From: Chitinophaga pinensis
Lineage (GTDB): Bacteria > Bacteroidota > Bacteroidia > NS11-12g > UBA955
Reading direction: 5' to 3'
Length of the DNA: 64,000 nt
NCBI GenBank assembly: GCA_945871905.1
Contig: CAMBXL010000004.1
Coordinates: forward strand, 67,375 to 131,374
A program made the position numbers and the translations under genes. Of the stretch, positions 50,130 to 60,664 are shown piece by piece. Within the stretch, counting starts at the first letter, position 1. Each line of letters starts with the position of its first letter. The notes below the pieces were generated by a model that was not told the origin of the DNA, searched no databases, and worked only from the letters and a program-made list of their open reading frames with translations.

Positions 50130-52328
50130 TTAAAATGTCATTTCAAATGTAACAACAGCGATTCGAGGCAAACCAACTCTAATACCTTGAGGTCTTCGGC
50201 TAGTAATGTATCTTTCATTGGTCAAGTTTTTAACAGAACCTGTCAATTGAGCGTTTATTTTTTTAATCTTATAATACACATTTACATCAAAAACTTTAAA
50301 AGCTTCAATCATTCCCTCTCTGCCATCATTGCTTGGTACAATTGAATTTAATTCATCTCCAAATTGTTCACCTGTGAAGGATGCATTCGCTACAAAACCT
50401 AATCCCATTGGTAATTCATAATTCAATGAAGCAGTATGGAAATATTTAGGTGCATAAGGCGTATAATTGTCTTTAATATTAATTTGTTCAGATCCTGAAT
50501 TGATAAATCTATCCTTGTTATAGTATGCTTTTACAAACGAAAGATTGTTTTGAAAATGCAATTTTGACCTCGATTTTGACCTTAACATATTTAGTATATT
50601 CAATTTGAAAGAAGCCTCAATACCTTGATGAATTGTTTGTCCTCCGTTGACTAATCCACTACCTGTTCCTCCTGATGATTCAGAAACAGGAATAATTTGG
50701 TTTTCAAACTGCATGTAAAAGCCTGTAAATTCATAGGTCAAAAATTGTTTGAAAGTCCCCCTTGTTCCAACTTCATAATTCCAGCTTTCTTCGGCATCCA
50801 ACTGATAAACAACCCCTTGGGCAGTTATTGCATCTTTTAAACGAGGAGGTGCAAACCCTTTGTGTACCCCTGCAAATATCGTATTGTTTGGTTTAATATT
50901 AAAGTTCAAACCAGCTCCGGGGATTATGGTCATAATACTGTTTCCGGCAATTAAATTGGTGTCAACTATTCTATTTACGTTATTAACTCTAAAAGTATTT
51001 CTAAGAATATTTCTGTTATAATCATAATTTCCTAATCGAACACCTGCTGTAAATATAATTTTAGAAGTCAATGAAATTTGATTGTGAACAAACGCACTTA
51101 TAGCGTTGCCAGTTCTGATTTCATCTTCAACCAAATCCCCTGACTTAGCATCGTATTTTCTGCCATTTTTTCTTTGTTCAAAAGCTTTTTCTGCTAAATA
51201 ACGAACCCCAACTTTTACTTCAGAAGCTCTTTCTAAAAACAAATATTCGTGATTCAATTTTGATTCCATTCCAAATACTTGAAACTGTCTATCCCTGTGT
51301 GCATTTTGATTTCTCATGTAAATGGCACCATTTTCCACACTAGTATCTCCCCAAATTACACCAGTTTGGTTACTTGTTGATTTAGTGGAACTAAAGTCCT
51401 GACGTTGCCAATTCCTCGAAGTTGTGTAAGCATACACATTCGATTGTAAGGAAGTTTTTTTGCTAAATCTATATAGATGGGTTAAGCTTGAAGAGTATCT
51501 TCTGATTTTCAACAAGTCAGCCGGAGACATTAATGTAAAATCTTGATTACCTTGATTAAACATAGTTTGTGTTAATCCAATATATGTAGAATTAGAAACC
51601 TCATCATAAACGCCTAACTTATATATTAAATCAGCCTTTTTGTTTAGTTTTAAGAATAGTTTGGTATTAAAATCGGTTATACCAAAGCTAACATAACCCA
51701 ATTGATCGGCACGTTTACGCATTATTGAAGTATTAATACCAACATTGTTATTAATTTTGGCACTGTGGTTTATAAGCAAATTAGCCAATGCGCCGCTACC
51801 TGCTGATATTTTCACCTTTAATTCATTTTTATCAGGCATTCCAGAAGTAAGATAATTTACAACACCTCCAATAGTTTGAGGGCCATAAATAATCTGACCA
51901 CTACCTTTCATCACTTCTAATCCAGACATTCTATCAATCACAGGTGAATAATACAATTCCGGTTCACCGTAGGGGTTCAGTGAAACAGGGATGCCATCTT
52001 CAAGAACTAATACACCACGACTTCTGTCAGGGTCTAATCCTCTAATACCGATATTTATTCTCATTCCTACACCTTCTTCATCCACGACATGCACACCAGC
52101 AAATTTTCTGAACATTTCATTGGCAGAAAGTGGGGCTATTAGTTTAAGGTCAATTTTGGATAATGAAGCTGTTGAACCCGGTACATTACAAATAATACTG
52201 TTAGGCTTACTTTTTTTGAAAATAATGGAACCAAGTTCAAAGGTTGAATCATCACTCGCGCTTAGTTTTTGAGAATAAATCGATTGACTAAATTCAAAAA
52301 GAAAAAGGAAGCAAATAAAACGATGCAT
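50130..52328 (-). CDS. TonB-dependent outer-membrane receptor
   Basis: Signal peptide, an N-terminal plug domain, a 22-strand barrel-length C-terminal region and a C-terminal aromatic residue (TFEMTF). Confidence 0.85.
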   Translation of the reverse strand: MHRFICFLFLFEFSQSIYSQKLSASDDSTFELGSIIFKKSKPNSIICNVPGSTASLSKIDLKLIAPLSANEMFRKFAGVHVVDEEGVGMRINIGIRGLDPDRSRGVLVLEDGIPVSLNPYGEPELYYSPVIDRMSGLEVMKGSGQIIYGPQTIGGVVNYLTSGMPDKNELKVKISAGSGALANLLINHSAKINNNVGINTSIMRKRADQLGYVSFGITDFNTKLFLKLNKKADLIYKLGVYDEVSNSTYIGLTQTMFNQGNQDFTLMSPADLLKIRRYSSSLTHLYRFSKKTSLQSNVYAYTTSRNWQRQDFSSTKSTSNQTGVIWGDTSVENGAIYMRNQNAHRDRQFQVFGMESKLNHEYLFLERASEVKVGVRYLAEKAFEQRKNGRKYDAKSGDLVEDEIRTGNAISAFVHNQISLTSKIIFTAGVRLGNYDYNRNILRNTFRVNNVNRIVDTNLIAGNSIMTIIPGAGLNFNIKPNNTIFAGVHKGFAPPRLKDAITAQGVVYQLDAEESWNYEVGTRGTFKQFLTYEFTGFYMQFENQIIPVSESSGGTGSGLVNGGQTIHQGIEASFKLNILNMLRSKSRSKLHFQNNLSFVKAYYNKDRFINSGSEQINIKDNYTPYAPKYFHTASLNYELPMGLGFVANASFTGEQFGDELNSIVPSNDGREGMIEAFKVFDVNVYYKIKKINAQLTGSVKNLTNERYITSRRPQGIRVGLPRIAVVTFEMTF

Positions 52329-52441
52329 TATTTAGATTGATTATAAATTATGCTGCAACAATAAAACTTTTTTTCGAAGATTTCAAATTTTATTTAGATT
52401 TAGTCTAAATAAATGATAAGGATCAGTTTTGATGAATAAAA

Positions 52442-54499
52442 CTAAACCGAGTGTTTGATTTTAAGATAGTTATAAAACTCATCTTGTGAGCGTATAGCGG
52501 GAACTTTAGTTGATTTATAGTCATTTATTTGGTAAGTGTCTATTATTCTAGCCTTAGTATTATCACTTTGTTGAATATCAAAAAGCGATCTTAAGTCATT
52601 TTTGATATTCGAATCTAAGACTGGGAAGGTCACTTCTACTCTATTGTCAATATTTCGGGTCATCAAATCAGCTGATCCCATGTAAATTTTTTCATTACCA
52701 CCATTTCCGAAAATGTAAATACGGGCATGTTCCAAAAATTTATCAACGATACTAACAATATTAATTGGATTTTTGACCGAAGAGAAGTCAGGATTAAGGC
52801 AGCAAATACCTCGAATAATTAAATCAACTTTAACGCCAGCACGCGAAGCTTCATATAATTTATCAATCATTTGTTCATCAACCAAACTGTTCATTTTAAA
52901 CTTTATATAGGCAGGATTTCCTGATTTTTTATGAGCAATTTCATTGTCTATCATATCAATGAATTTACTACGCATGTTGATAGGCGAAACAATAAGTTGA
53001 TTGAATTTGTATTTCTCAGGCTTAAAATCAAGAATTAAAGTAAAGACCTTGTTAATCTCTGAGGTTATTTTTTTATTGGATGTTAAAACGGAATGGTCGC
53101 AATAGATTTTTGCTGTGTCACCGTTATAATTCCCTGTGCCCATGTGAGCATAAAAATTACTTACCTTGTTTTCTTTTCTCTCTATTAAACATAATTTTGT
53201 GTGTACTTTATATCCAGGAATACCATAAATAACAGTAGCCCCTTCCTCTTTCAATTTGTTACTCCAAAAAATATTATGTTCTTCATCAAAACGGGCTTTT
53301 ATTTCCATTAAAACAATCACTTTTTTGCCATTTTTTACCGCATTAATAAGCGCATTTACTACATTTGAATTTTCAGCTACTCGGTACAATGTAATTTTAA
53401 TGGTTGTTACATCAGGGTCAATAGCCGCTTCCCTTAAAAGGCGGATCACATAAGTAAAGGGTTGATAAGGATGACTCAACAACACATCTTTTGTTTTGAT
53501 GACATCAAAAATAGATCGTGAATTGTCTAGGTCTTTGATATAGAGAGGTTCAATGGGTTTATATTTTAAATTCAGCTTTTTAATATTCGGAAAACTGATA
53601 AAGTCTCTAAAGTTGTGATAACGCTGACCTGGAATTAATTCTTCTGGCTTAATTTTTAATTTTTGATTAATGAACTTTAGCAAATCACTAGGAATTTCGC
53701 TGTCATAAATCAACCTAACGGGCTCTCCTTTTTTACGAAGTTTGAGAGAATTCCTCATATTATCTACAATATCAATAGACAAATCACTTTCAATATCTAT
53801 TTCAGCATCTCTTGTCAATTTGATAGTATAAGCCTCATAATGATCATAATCAATACTTGAAAAAATGACATCTAAATTAGTTCGGATAATGTCATCAATA
53901 AACATGACATAAGTGGTTCCACCTTCCTCTTTGAGCAGATAAAAACGTTTTTTCAACTTCGTTGGCAAAGGAATTAAAGCAAACTTTTTAGCTTTTGTTA
54001 ACTTGTTACTTAGTTTACACGCCAAATAAATGGTATTGTCTCTTAGAAAAGGAAAAGTTCTTTTTATATCGAGTATAAGTGGGAAAATAGTGTTTATTAC
54101 TTCCTCTTTAAAATACTTTCTAGCTTCAAGTAATTGCAGATTGTTTAAACGCTTTTCATCAATAAAATAAACTTTTTTACCCTTTAATTCATCGATTATT
54201 TCTTCGTAAATCTTGTTAAACTTAGCTTGTTGAATTATAACTTTATTATGAATATCAATCAACAAATCTTGAATTTGTTTTTTGTTAATAGGCTGTTCCT
54301 TTGTGCTTTTCACAAGTAATAATCTTTTGTTTGTAGCAACCCTAACCCTAAAAAACTCGTCGAGATTAGAGGAAAAAATACCTAAAAACTTTAATCGCTC
54401 CAACAATGGAACACTCTTGTCATTAGCCTCCTGCAATACTCTATCGTTAAACGACAACCAACTCAACTCTCTGTTTATTAATTTTACTTTTTTTGCCAT
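52442..54499 (-). CDS. ppk: polyphosphate kinase 1
   Basis: MAKKVKLINRELSWLSFNDRVLQEA N-terminus and two PLD-like HKD regions (HTKLCLIER, HARIYIFGN). 685 aa. Confidence 0.9.
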   Translation of the reverse strand: MAKKVKLINRELSWLSFNDRVLQEANDKSVPLLERLKFLGIFSSNLDEFFRVRVATNKRLLLVKSTKEQPINKKQIQDLLIDIHNKVIIQQAKFNKIYEEIIDELKGKKVYFIDEKRLNNLQLLEARKYFKEEVINTIFPLILDIKRTFPFLRDNTIYLACKLSNKLTKAKKFALIPLPTKLKKRFYLLKEEGGTTYVMFIDDIIRTNLDVIFSSIDYDHYEAYTIKLTRDAEIDIESDLSIDIVDNMRNSLKLRKKGEPVRLIYDSEIPSDLLKFINQKLKIKPEELIPGQRYHNFRDFISFPNIKKLNLKYKPIEPLYIKDLDNSRSIFDVIKTKDVLLSHPYQPFTYVIRLLREAAIDPDVTTIKITLYRVAENSNVVNALINAVKNGKKVIVLMEIKARFDEEHNIFWSNKLKEEGATVIYGIPGYKVHTKLCLIERKENKVSNFYAHMGTGNYNGDTAKIYCDHSVLTSNKKITSEINKVFTLILDFKPEKYKFNQLIVSPINMRSKFIDMIDNEIAHKKSGNPAYIKFKMNSLVDEQMIDKLYEASRAGVKVDLIIRGICCLNPDFSSVKNPINIVSIVDKFLEHARIYIFGNGGNEKIYMGSADLMTRNIDNRVEVTFPVLDSNIKNDLRSLFDIQQSDNTKARIIDTYQINDYKSTKVPAIRSQDEFYNYLKIKHSV

Positions 54500-54503
54500 T
54501 ATA

Positions 54504-55517
54504 TCAATTTAATTTTAATACGATTGGTAAATGATCACTAAAACCATTTTTCCATTCTGTTCCTTCATAATTTCTAAAAGGCACTAATTTGCCTTTTTTT
54601 GTTTGCTTAAGCAACCAATCTGGTTTGTATAGACTCACACTGTTTGAGTTTTCATTAATCAAATATTTATTTATCAATGAATTACTAACAATAAATTGGT
54701 CCAATTTTTCCCACTTCCCTTGGTAATTATATGACCCTAATCCTTTGTTTGAATTCCACATTAGGTTATAAAGATGAGTTTCTTGTTTTGAATTAAGCGA
54801 ATGTGCATTTAAAGATTTAGATAAAGACACATCCCAAGGTTGATCATTAAAATCGCCCATTACAATCCAATGTTTATCAACACCTACACTTTTCATCGAT
54901 TGCGAACAAATCTCAGCAGCTTGAATTCTTTTGGCTTGTGAAACCATTGTTCCACCTTGTTTTGAGGGGAAATGAGCCAACATAAAGTTTATAGTATCAA
55001 GGTTATCAATAGACTTACATTGCACATAAAGCAAGTCACGTGTTTTGTCATCAGGCTGACTATTAAAATGGACGGATATGGGTTTTGAATTTAAAAGGAC
55101 CCATCTTTTTTTATTAAAAGCAAAACCAACATCAATACCTCGTTCATCAGGTGAATCATAGTGAACTAAATTATAATCGTTTAAAGGCGATACAGTTTTA
55201 AACAAATCTTCCAAAACACGCTTATTTTCAATTTCGCAAAACCCTAAAAAATCAGGTAATTCTTTCGATTGTGATTTAATAACACGAGCTATATTGTTTA
55301 TTTTCGATTGATATTTAAACGAATTCCAATTCAATTTTCCTGAAGGTGTAAAATCATCGTCATTTTTAGACAAATCATTCAATGTATCGAACAAATTTTC
55401 TACATTATACCACATCAGTGAAACGGCATTGTTTTTCTTTTTGGTTTGATAATCAAAACTTAAGCACGTCCAAAGCAAAATAGAAACACCACCAATCACC
55501 CATATTCTTTTCAACAT
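54504..55517 (-). CDS. secreted endonuclease/exonuclease/phosphatase (EEP) family protein
   Basis: Signal peptide, MWYNVENLFD N-terminal EEP motif and the MGDFNDQPWD catalytic region. Starts 5 bp after ppk1. Confidence 0.6.
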   Translation of the reverse strand: MLKRIWVIGGVSILLWTCLSFDYQTKKKNNAVSLMWYNVENLFDTLNDLSKNDDDFTPSGKLNWNSFKYQSKINNIARVIKSQSKELPDFLGFCEIENKRVLEDLFKTVSPLNDYNLVHYDSPDERGIDVGFAFNKKRWVLLNSKPISVHFNSQPDDKTRDLLYVQCKSIDNLDTINFMLAHFPSKQGGTMVSQAKRIQAAEICSQSMKSVGVDKHWIVMGDFNDQPWDVSLSKSLNAHSLNSKQETHLYNLMWNSNKGLGSYNYQGKWEKLDQFIVSNSLINKYLINENSNSVSLYKPDWLLKQTKKGKLVPFRNYEGTEWKNGFSDHLPIVLKLN

Positions 55518-55659
55518 TCAACTGCAAATTAAGGAAATTTTTAATAAAACAATATGAATTTAACATGAAAATTACAATAATCTTTCAACATCTCACTTGT
55601 TAGTAATCTTTTTAGAGTAGAAGCAAAAAAGAAGTAAATTTGCAGTCCAATTTTAAGAA

Positions 55660-57048
55660 ATGACACTAATAAAATCAATCTCAGGCTTTAGAGGAACAAT
55701 AGGCGGAAAAACAGGTGACAACCTTACCCCCATCGATGTTGTTAAATTCGCTTCGGCATATGCTTGGTGGGTAAAAACTGAACTAAATGGGACTACTATA
55801 ATATTAGGAAGGGACGCTCGTGTATCAGGTCCTATTATTTCTGACTTAGTTTCTTCTACAATCCTCGCTATGGGCTTAAATATTATTGACTTAGGTCTAT
55901 CTACCACTCCTACTGTTGAAATGGCTGTTATGTTAGAAAAAGCGGATGGTGGAATAATATTGACTGCTAGTCACAATCCTAAACAATGGAATGCATTAAA
56001 ATTGCTTAATAATAAAGGTGAATTTATTTCGGCAACTGAAGCTGAAAAAGTACTTGCTATTGTTGAAGAAGAACCTTTTGTGTTTGCTGAAATTAATGCT
56101 TTGGGTAAATATTCAAAAAACAATCAATACTTAGAAAAACATATAGATGAAATTCTTAAACTGCCTTTAGTGGATGTAGCTGCAATAAAAGAGAAAAACT
56201 ATAAAATAGCTGTAGATGCTGTTAATTCTTCAGGCGGGATAGCAGTTCCAATGTTACTAAGAAAATTAGGCGTTGACAATATCGTTGAAATCAATTGCGA
56301 ACCAACGGGTTTATTCGCTCACAATCCTGAACCACTTCCTGAACATTTATCTCAATTATCTACTTTGGTTAAAACAGAAAAATGTCATTTGGGAATCAGT
56401 GTTGACCCTGATGTAGACCGTTTGGCTTTTGTATGCGAAGACGGTGAAATGTTTGGGGAAGAGTATACACTGGTTGCTGTTGCCGATTACGTGTTGAGAA
56501 ATACAACTAATGGAAATACCGTTTCCAATCTTTCATCAACAAGAGCACTTAAAGACATTACTGAGAAATTGGGTGGTCAATACAAGGCTAGTGCAGTTGG
56601 TGAAGTGAATGTGGTAACTGTGATGAAAGAAACCAATGCGGTTATTGGTGGCGAAGGTAATGGTGGTATTATCTACCCTGAGTTACATTACGGTAGAGAT
56701 GCTTTGGTTGGTATCGCTTTATTCTTGACTCACTTAGCTAAACTTAGTAAAACTTGTAAGGCTTTAAAAATTTCTTACCCAAGTTACATCATTTCAAAAA
56801 ACAAGGTTGAGTTAAGCGATTCTATCAATGCGGATGATGTGTTAGAAAAAATAAAAGAAAAATACAGTAAGTTTCCAATCAATACTGAAGATGGGGTTAA
56901 AATAGATTTTGATGAAGAGTGGATTCACATGCGTAAATCAAACACAGAACCAATTATCCGAATTTATGCTGAAAGCAAATCGGAGACAACTGCACGCAAC
57001 TTAACGACAAAAATCATTAAAGATATTGGTGAAATTGCCAAAAGTTAA
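55660..57048 (+). CDS. glmM: phosphoglucosamine mutase / phosphohexomutase
   Basis: ISGFRGTIGG N-terminus, TASHNPKQWNALKL phosphoserine loop, DPDVDR metal-binding loop and GEGNGG sugar-binding loop. Confidence 0.8.
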   Translation: MTLIKSISGFRGTIGGKTGDNLTPIDVVKFASAYAWWVKTELNGTTIILGRDARVSGPIISDLVSSTILAMGLNIIDLGLSTTPTVEMAVMLEKADGGIILTASHNPKQWNALKLLNNKGEFISATEAEKVLAIVEEEPFVFAEINALGKYSKNNQYLEKHIDEILKLPLVDVAAIKEKNYKIAVDAVNSSGGIAVPMLLRKLGVDNIVEINCEPTGLFAHNPEPLPEHLSQLSTLVKTEKCHLGISVDPDVDRLAFVCEDGEMFGEEYTLVAVADYVLRNTTNGNTVSNLSSTRALKDITEKLGGQYKASAVGEVNVVTVMKETNAVIGGEGNGGIIYPELHYGRDALVGIALFLTHLAKLSKTCKALKISYPSYIISKNKVELSDSINADDVLEKIKEKYSKFPINTEDGVKIDFDEEWIHMRKSNTEPIIRIYAESKSETTARNLTTKIIKDIGEIAKS

Positions 57049-57154
57049 TCGCTTGTTCAATTGGCTGTAATGCCAATAGAATTTCAATTAATTTAAATTA
57101 AGATATTTTAATACCTTTGTCCCTCAAAAAAATCAAACCAAGTAAATAAATCAT

Positions 57155-58255
57155 ATGTCATTGCAATGCGGTATCGTTGGCTTGCCCAATGTTGGAAAAT
57201 CTACCTTATTTAATTGTTTAAGTAATGCAAAAGCACAAGCTGCCAACTTCCCTTTTTGTACTATAGAACCTAATGTTGGTGTTATTACAGTTCCCGATGA
57301 GCGTTTAACAACCCTTACTGAAATTGCTAAACCTCAAAGTATCGTTCCTGCCACAGTTGAAATAGTTGACATTGCCGGATTGGTAAAAGGAGCTAGCAAA
57401 GGCGAAGGGTTAGGTAATCAATTTTTGGGGAATATAAAAAGCACTAATGCCATTATTCACGTATTAAGATGTTTTGAAAATGACAATATTATTCACGTAG
57501 ATGGTTCTGTCAATCCAATCAGAGATAAAGAAATCATTGACACTGAATTACAATTGAAAGATTTAGATACCGTTGAAAAATCAATGCTTAAAATTGCTAA
57601 ACAAGCAAAAGCAGGCGACAAAGAAGCTGTTAAAGTTTTAGATGCATGCGAAAAATACAAATCACATTTAGAAAAAGGTTTAAACATACGCACAATGGAA
57701 GGATTAACTGAAGAGCAAATCGAATTAACATCTGATTTTAATTTATTGACTTCAAAGCCTGTGTTGTATGTTTGCAATGTCGATGAAAAGGGATTACCAA
57801 ACGGTAATGCTTGGGTTGATCAAATTAGAGAAATCGCCAAGGGTGAAAATGCTGAGGTTTTAGTTATTTGTGCTGCTGCTGAGGCAGAAATTGCAGAATT
57901 GGAAGATGCTGAAGAACGTTCAGTATTTTTGGCTGATTTGGGATTAGAGGAAAGTGGTGTTGCCAAATTGATAAAAGCGGCTTACCGTATTTTGAACTAC
58001 ATAACCTACTTTACCGTTGGTGAAAAAGAAGTTAGAGCTTGGACAATTACACGTGGAATGAAAGCACCACAGGCAGCTGGCGTTATTCACAGTGACTTTG
58101 AAAAAGGATTTATTAGAGCTGAGGTGATTCAATATGACGATTACGTGAAATACAGATCAGAGCCAGCAATCAAAGAAGCAGGTAAAATGGGAGTTGAGGG
58201 GAAAGAATATATTGTTCAAGATGGTGATTGTATGCACTTTAGATTTAACGTGTAA
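57155..58255 (+). CDS. ychF: redox-regulated ribosome-binding ATPase YchF
   Basis: GIVGLPNVGKSTLFN P-loop, NxxD in place of NKxD, and the C-terminal TGS domain (YITYFTVGEKEVRAWTI). Confidence 0.9.
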   Translation: MSLQCGIVGLPNVGKSTLFNCLSNAKAQAANFPFCTIEPNVGVITVPDERLTTLTEIAKPQSIVPATVEIVDIAGLVKGASKGEGLGNQFLGNIKSTNAIIHVLRCFENDNIIHVDGSVNPIRDKEIIDTELQLKDLDTVEKSMLKIAKQAKAGDKEAVKVLDACEKYKSHLEKGLNIRTMEGLTEEQIELTSDFNLLTSKPVLYVCNVDEKGLPNGNAWVDQIREIAKGENAEVLVICAAAEAEIAELEDAEERSVFLADLGLEESGVAKLIKAAYRILNYITYFTVGEKEVRAWTITRGMKAPQAAGVIHSDFEKGFIRAEVIQYDDYVKYRSEPAIKEAGKMGVEGKEYIVQDGDCMHFRFNV

Positions 58256-58281
58256 AATAATCATTTTTTTTTGAAAAAAAC

Positions 58282-58313
58282 TTTGATTTAATCCAATAAT
58301 AACATTACATTTG
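58282..58313 (+). promoter_or_regulatory. putative promoter of tRNA-Lys
   Basis: TTTG at 58282-58285 and TAcaTTTG at 58306-58313, 20 nt apart (Bacteroidota -33/-7 consensus). About 20 bp upstream of the tRNA 5' end. Confidence 0.35.
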
Positions 58314-58333
58314 CACCACTATTAAAAACAGTC

Positions 58334-58406
58334 GATTCCGTAGCTCAGTTGGTAGAGCATTACACTTTTAATGTAGTGGTCCTGGGTTCGAGTCCCAGCG
58401 GGATCA
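58334..58406 (+). tRNA. tRNA-Lys (anticodon TTT)
   Basis: Manually folded cloverleaf of 73 nt. Acceptor gattccg/cgggatc, D arm gctc-agttggta-gagc, anticodon stem ttaca/tgtag with loop cTTTTaa, T arm ctggg-ttcgagt-cccag. CCA is not encoded. Confidence 0.85.
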
Positions 58407-58414
58407 CAAAATAA

Positions 58415-58441
58415 AGCCTTCCAATCGGAAGGTTTTTTTTG
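58415..58441 (+). terminator. rho-independent terminator after tRNA-Lys
   Basis: gccttcc-aatc-ggaagg followed by T8. Confidence 0.6.
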
Positions 58442-58642
58442 CCTTTATTTTTTTTTGATCTAATGGTATTAGTGGATCAGAGAGTTGGATAAAAAAGTTC
58501 TATTATAATTAATCTAATAACTTTTTTTTAAATATCACTCTTAGAATAATTACTTTTTACTTTTTAAATTTTCTATTGTTTAATTTCATCAAATTTCATT
58601 TTTTTTTATTTAAAAAACATTTACTTTTGAAAAGCGAAATTT

Positions 58643-59458
58643 ATGAAAAAATACTATATTTTTGATAATAACAATAAAATTGGACCAATAGAATTAGAAT
58701 CTCTTTCCGATTACAATTTAAAACCTGACACATTAGTTTGGCATAGCGAATTAACAGACTGGAAAAAGGCATCTGAAATAAAAGAATTAGTTCCATTTTT
58801 GTCACCACCAGATGTTATTATAGGCAGTAATAACAATCCGCCACCAATTCCTAACTTAAATTCAAGTCAAGCAAAATCAACTATAACCTTTAATAGAAAA
58901 TACCTTAAATTTATATTTGCATTTTTAGCTGTAGTTATTGTTATTTATTTCATTTTTTCAAGAAACAATAGCTCTTCAGACGATTCTAAAACAAACTCAC
59001 CTGATACTGACTACCCAATCCCAACTGCTCCTCCAGAGGTTAATGTTGAGGATGAGGAAAACAAATTAAAACAAGAAGCTTTAACTAAGAAAAATATGGA
59101 GTATAGAAATAATTGGAGTTCATACATTACTGCAAATAGAACCGATTTTTCATATTCTGATTTAGGTGGAATAAGTGACTTAAACATAGATGTTACAAAC
59201 AGTACGGAATATGTTATAGATGAATTAGGAGTTGTAGTTGAATATGTAAAGGCAAATGGTTCAATATTTAAAACGGAATCGTTATATTTCAGTAATCTTA
59301 AACCGAAAAGTAAACAAAGATTACCAGCTCCTGATAGCGAAAGAGGTATCGATGTAAATTATTTCATATCTTATATTTATGCCAAAAAATTCAAGTTTTG
59401 TTATGAAATTAATTCTCTTGGAAATGGATCTATTATCGATCCTTGGAAGTGCAAGTAA
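58643..59458 (+). CDS. DUF4339 (GYF-like) domain membrane protein
   Basis: N-terminal YYIFDNNNKIGPIELESL...LVWHSELTDWKKASEI matches the DUF4339/GYF-like motif. It is followed by a Pro-rich linker, one TM helix and a C-terminal domain of unknown function. Confidence 0.5.
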   Translation: MKKYYIFDNNNKIGPIELESLSDYNLKPDTLVWHSELTDWKKASEIKELVPFLSPPDVIIGSNNNPPPIPNLNSSQAKSTITFNRKYLKFIFAFLAVVIVIYFIFSRNNSSSDDSKTNSPDTDYPIPTAPPEVNVEDEENKLKQEALTKKNMEYRNNWSSYITANRTDFSYSDLGGISDLNIDVTNSTEYVIDELGVVVEYVKANGSIFKTESLYFSNLKPKSKQRLPAPDSERGIDVNYFISYIYAKKFKFCYEINSLGNGSIIDPWKCK

Positions 59459-59599
59459 ATAAACAAGGTTTTTGCCTTACATCATTTTATTACCAAATTA
59501 TAAAACTACGAATATATTAATTTTGATTTTTTATTCAAAGAGAATTTGTTTTGCTGTTATATGTACACTTCTATCAAAATGTTGGCTGGGTGCCAATTT

Positions 59600-59800
59600 T
59601 TGATGTTGTCTTTGGTTTTGAATAGTCTCTCACCTCATAAGTTGAAGATTTCAAGTTGATAAACCTTTGTAAAATCAAATAATATTGAACTGAATTGGCT
59701 GCATTTTATTGTCCCGTTATTATATATTTCGAAAGTAAAAAAAGAATTAAAATTAGTTTTAAAAAAAAGGCAACAATACATGTTTCTTTAAATAAATGCC
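59600..59800 (-). pseudogene. decayed duplicate of the promoter/5' region of the downstream 193-aa gene
   Basis: 59660-59800 aligns at about 65-70% identity with 60300-60432 (for example cgaaagtaaaaaaagaattaaaattagtttt versus cgaaagtaaaaaaagaaataaacttagtttttt). Weaker similarity extends back to about 59600. The start codon is lost and a stop follows after about 45 codons. Boundaries are approximate. Confidence 0.4.
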
Positions 59801-59826
59801 AAGTCTAGTTTCTGGTATATTAATAC

Positions 59827-60408
59827 TTAAAGTGTTTTATTTAAATTTAAATCCTTTAGATCTTTTCTTTTAAGTTTTTTATTGTTAACCAAGAGTATTT
59901 TAAAATCATACTTTGAAATCTTGTAAGATTTACCGTGCAATAAAATTGCACTTCCTATAAGTTGTGGAGCAGACATTACGAAAGAAACAATACCATAAGC
60001 AATTGCAATTGTATCATACTTACTTGAAGTTGAAACCAGAAATGAACCCAATATAAAAAAAACGCTACCAGAAAACAAGCTAGGGTATCCAACAATTTTA
60101 TTGTAAAGCCCTGTATGTCTTATTTTAGTGATTTCAGAAATCAGAAAAGTGTCTTGTTTTAAATTGTGTGGATTAACTAATTTTATAATGCTATCATTAA
60201 TAAAAAGTAATTTCCCCTTGAATGATTTCCCAGCTGAATCAAATATTTCAATTTTTTTATTTTCGCGAAATACAATACTATACCTATGATTGGCTTTTGA
60301 TTGTATAATTAAATAATGTAGGAGTGAATCAGCGGCATTGTCTTGTCCAGCTAATGTAAGTACCGAAAGTAAAAAAAGAAATAAACTTAGTTTTTTAAAC
60401 ATAGGCAA
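59827..60408 (-). CDS. secreted protein with two C-terminal TM helices, unknown function
   Basis: Signal peptide MPMFKKLSLFLFLLSVLTLAGQ, a beta-rich N-domain, then two hydrophobic helices and a Lys-rich tail. Confidence 0.45.
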   Translation of the reverse strand: MPMFKKLSLFLFLLSVLTLAGQDNAADSLLHYLIIQSKANHRYSIVFRENKKIEIFDSAGKSFKGKLLFINDSIIKLVNPHNLKQDTFLISEITKIRHTGLYNKIVGYPSLFSGSVFFILGSFLVSTSSKYDTIAIAYGIVSFVMSAPQLIGSAILLHGKSYKISKYDFKILLVNNKKLKRKDLKDLNLNKTL

Positions 60409-60664
60409 TAATACAGATTTGTATAAATAAAAAAAATACTTTGATTTACGATTCTCTGTAATTCTGATATTAATAATTACTTCTTTGTTTTAGAAAACTT
60501 ATATTTTAAAAAAGAAATTAAAGATATTGAATTGTTTTTCATAAAACAAAAGTAGTTGAAAACACAATCCATTTGCAATTATTGTAGTTTCTTGATAGAA
60601 ATATTGGTTTGAAAGCGGTAACGATGCAAATAAAAAAATCGACACAAATTATCTTACCTTCGTT

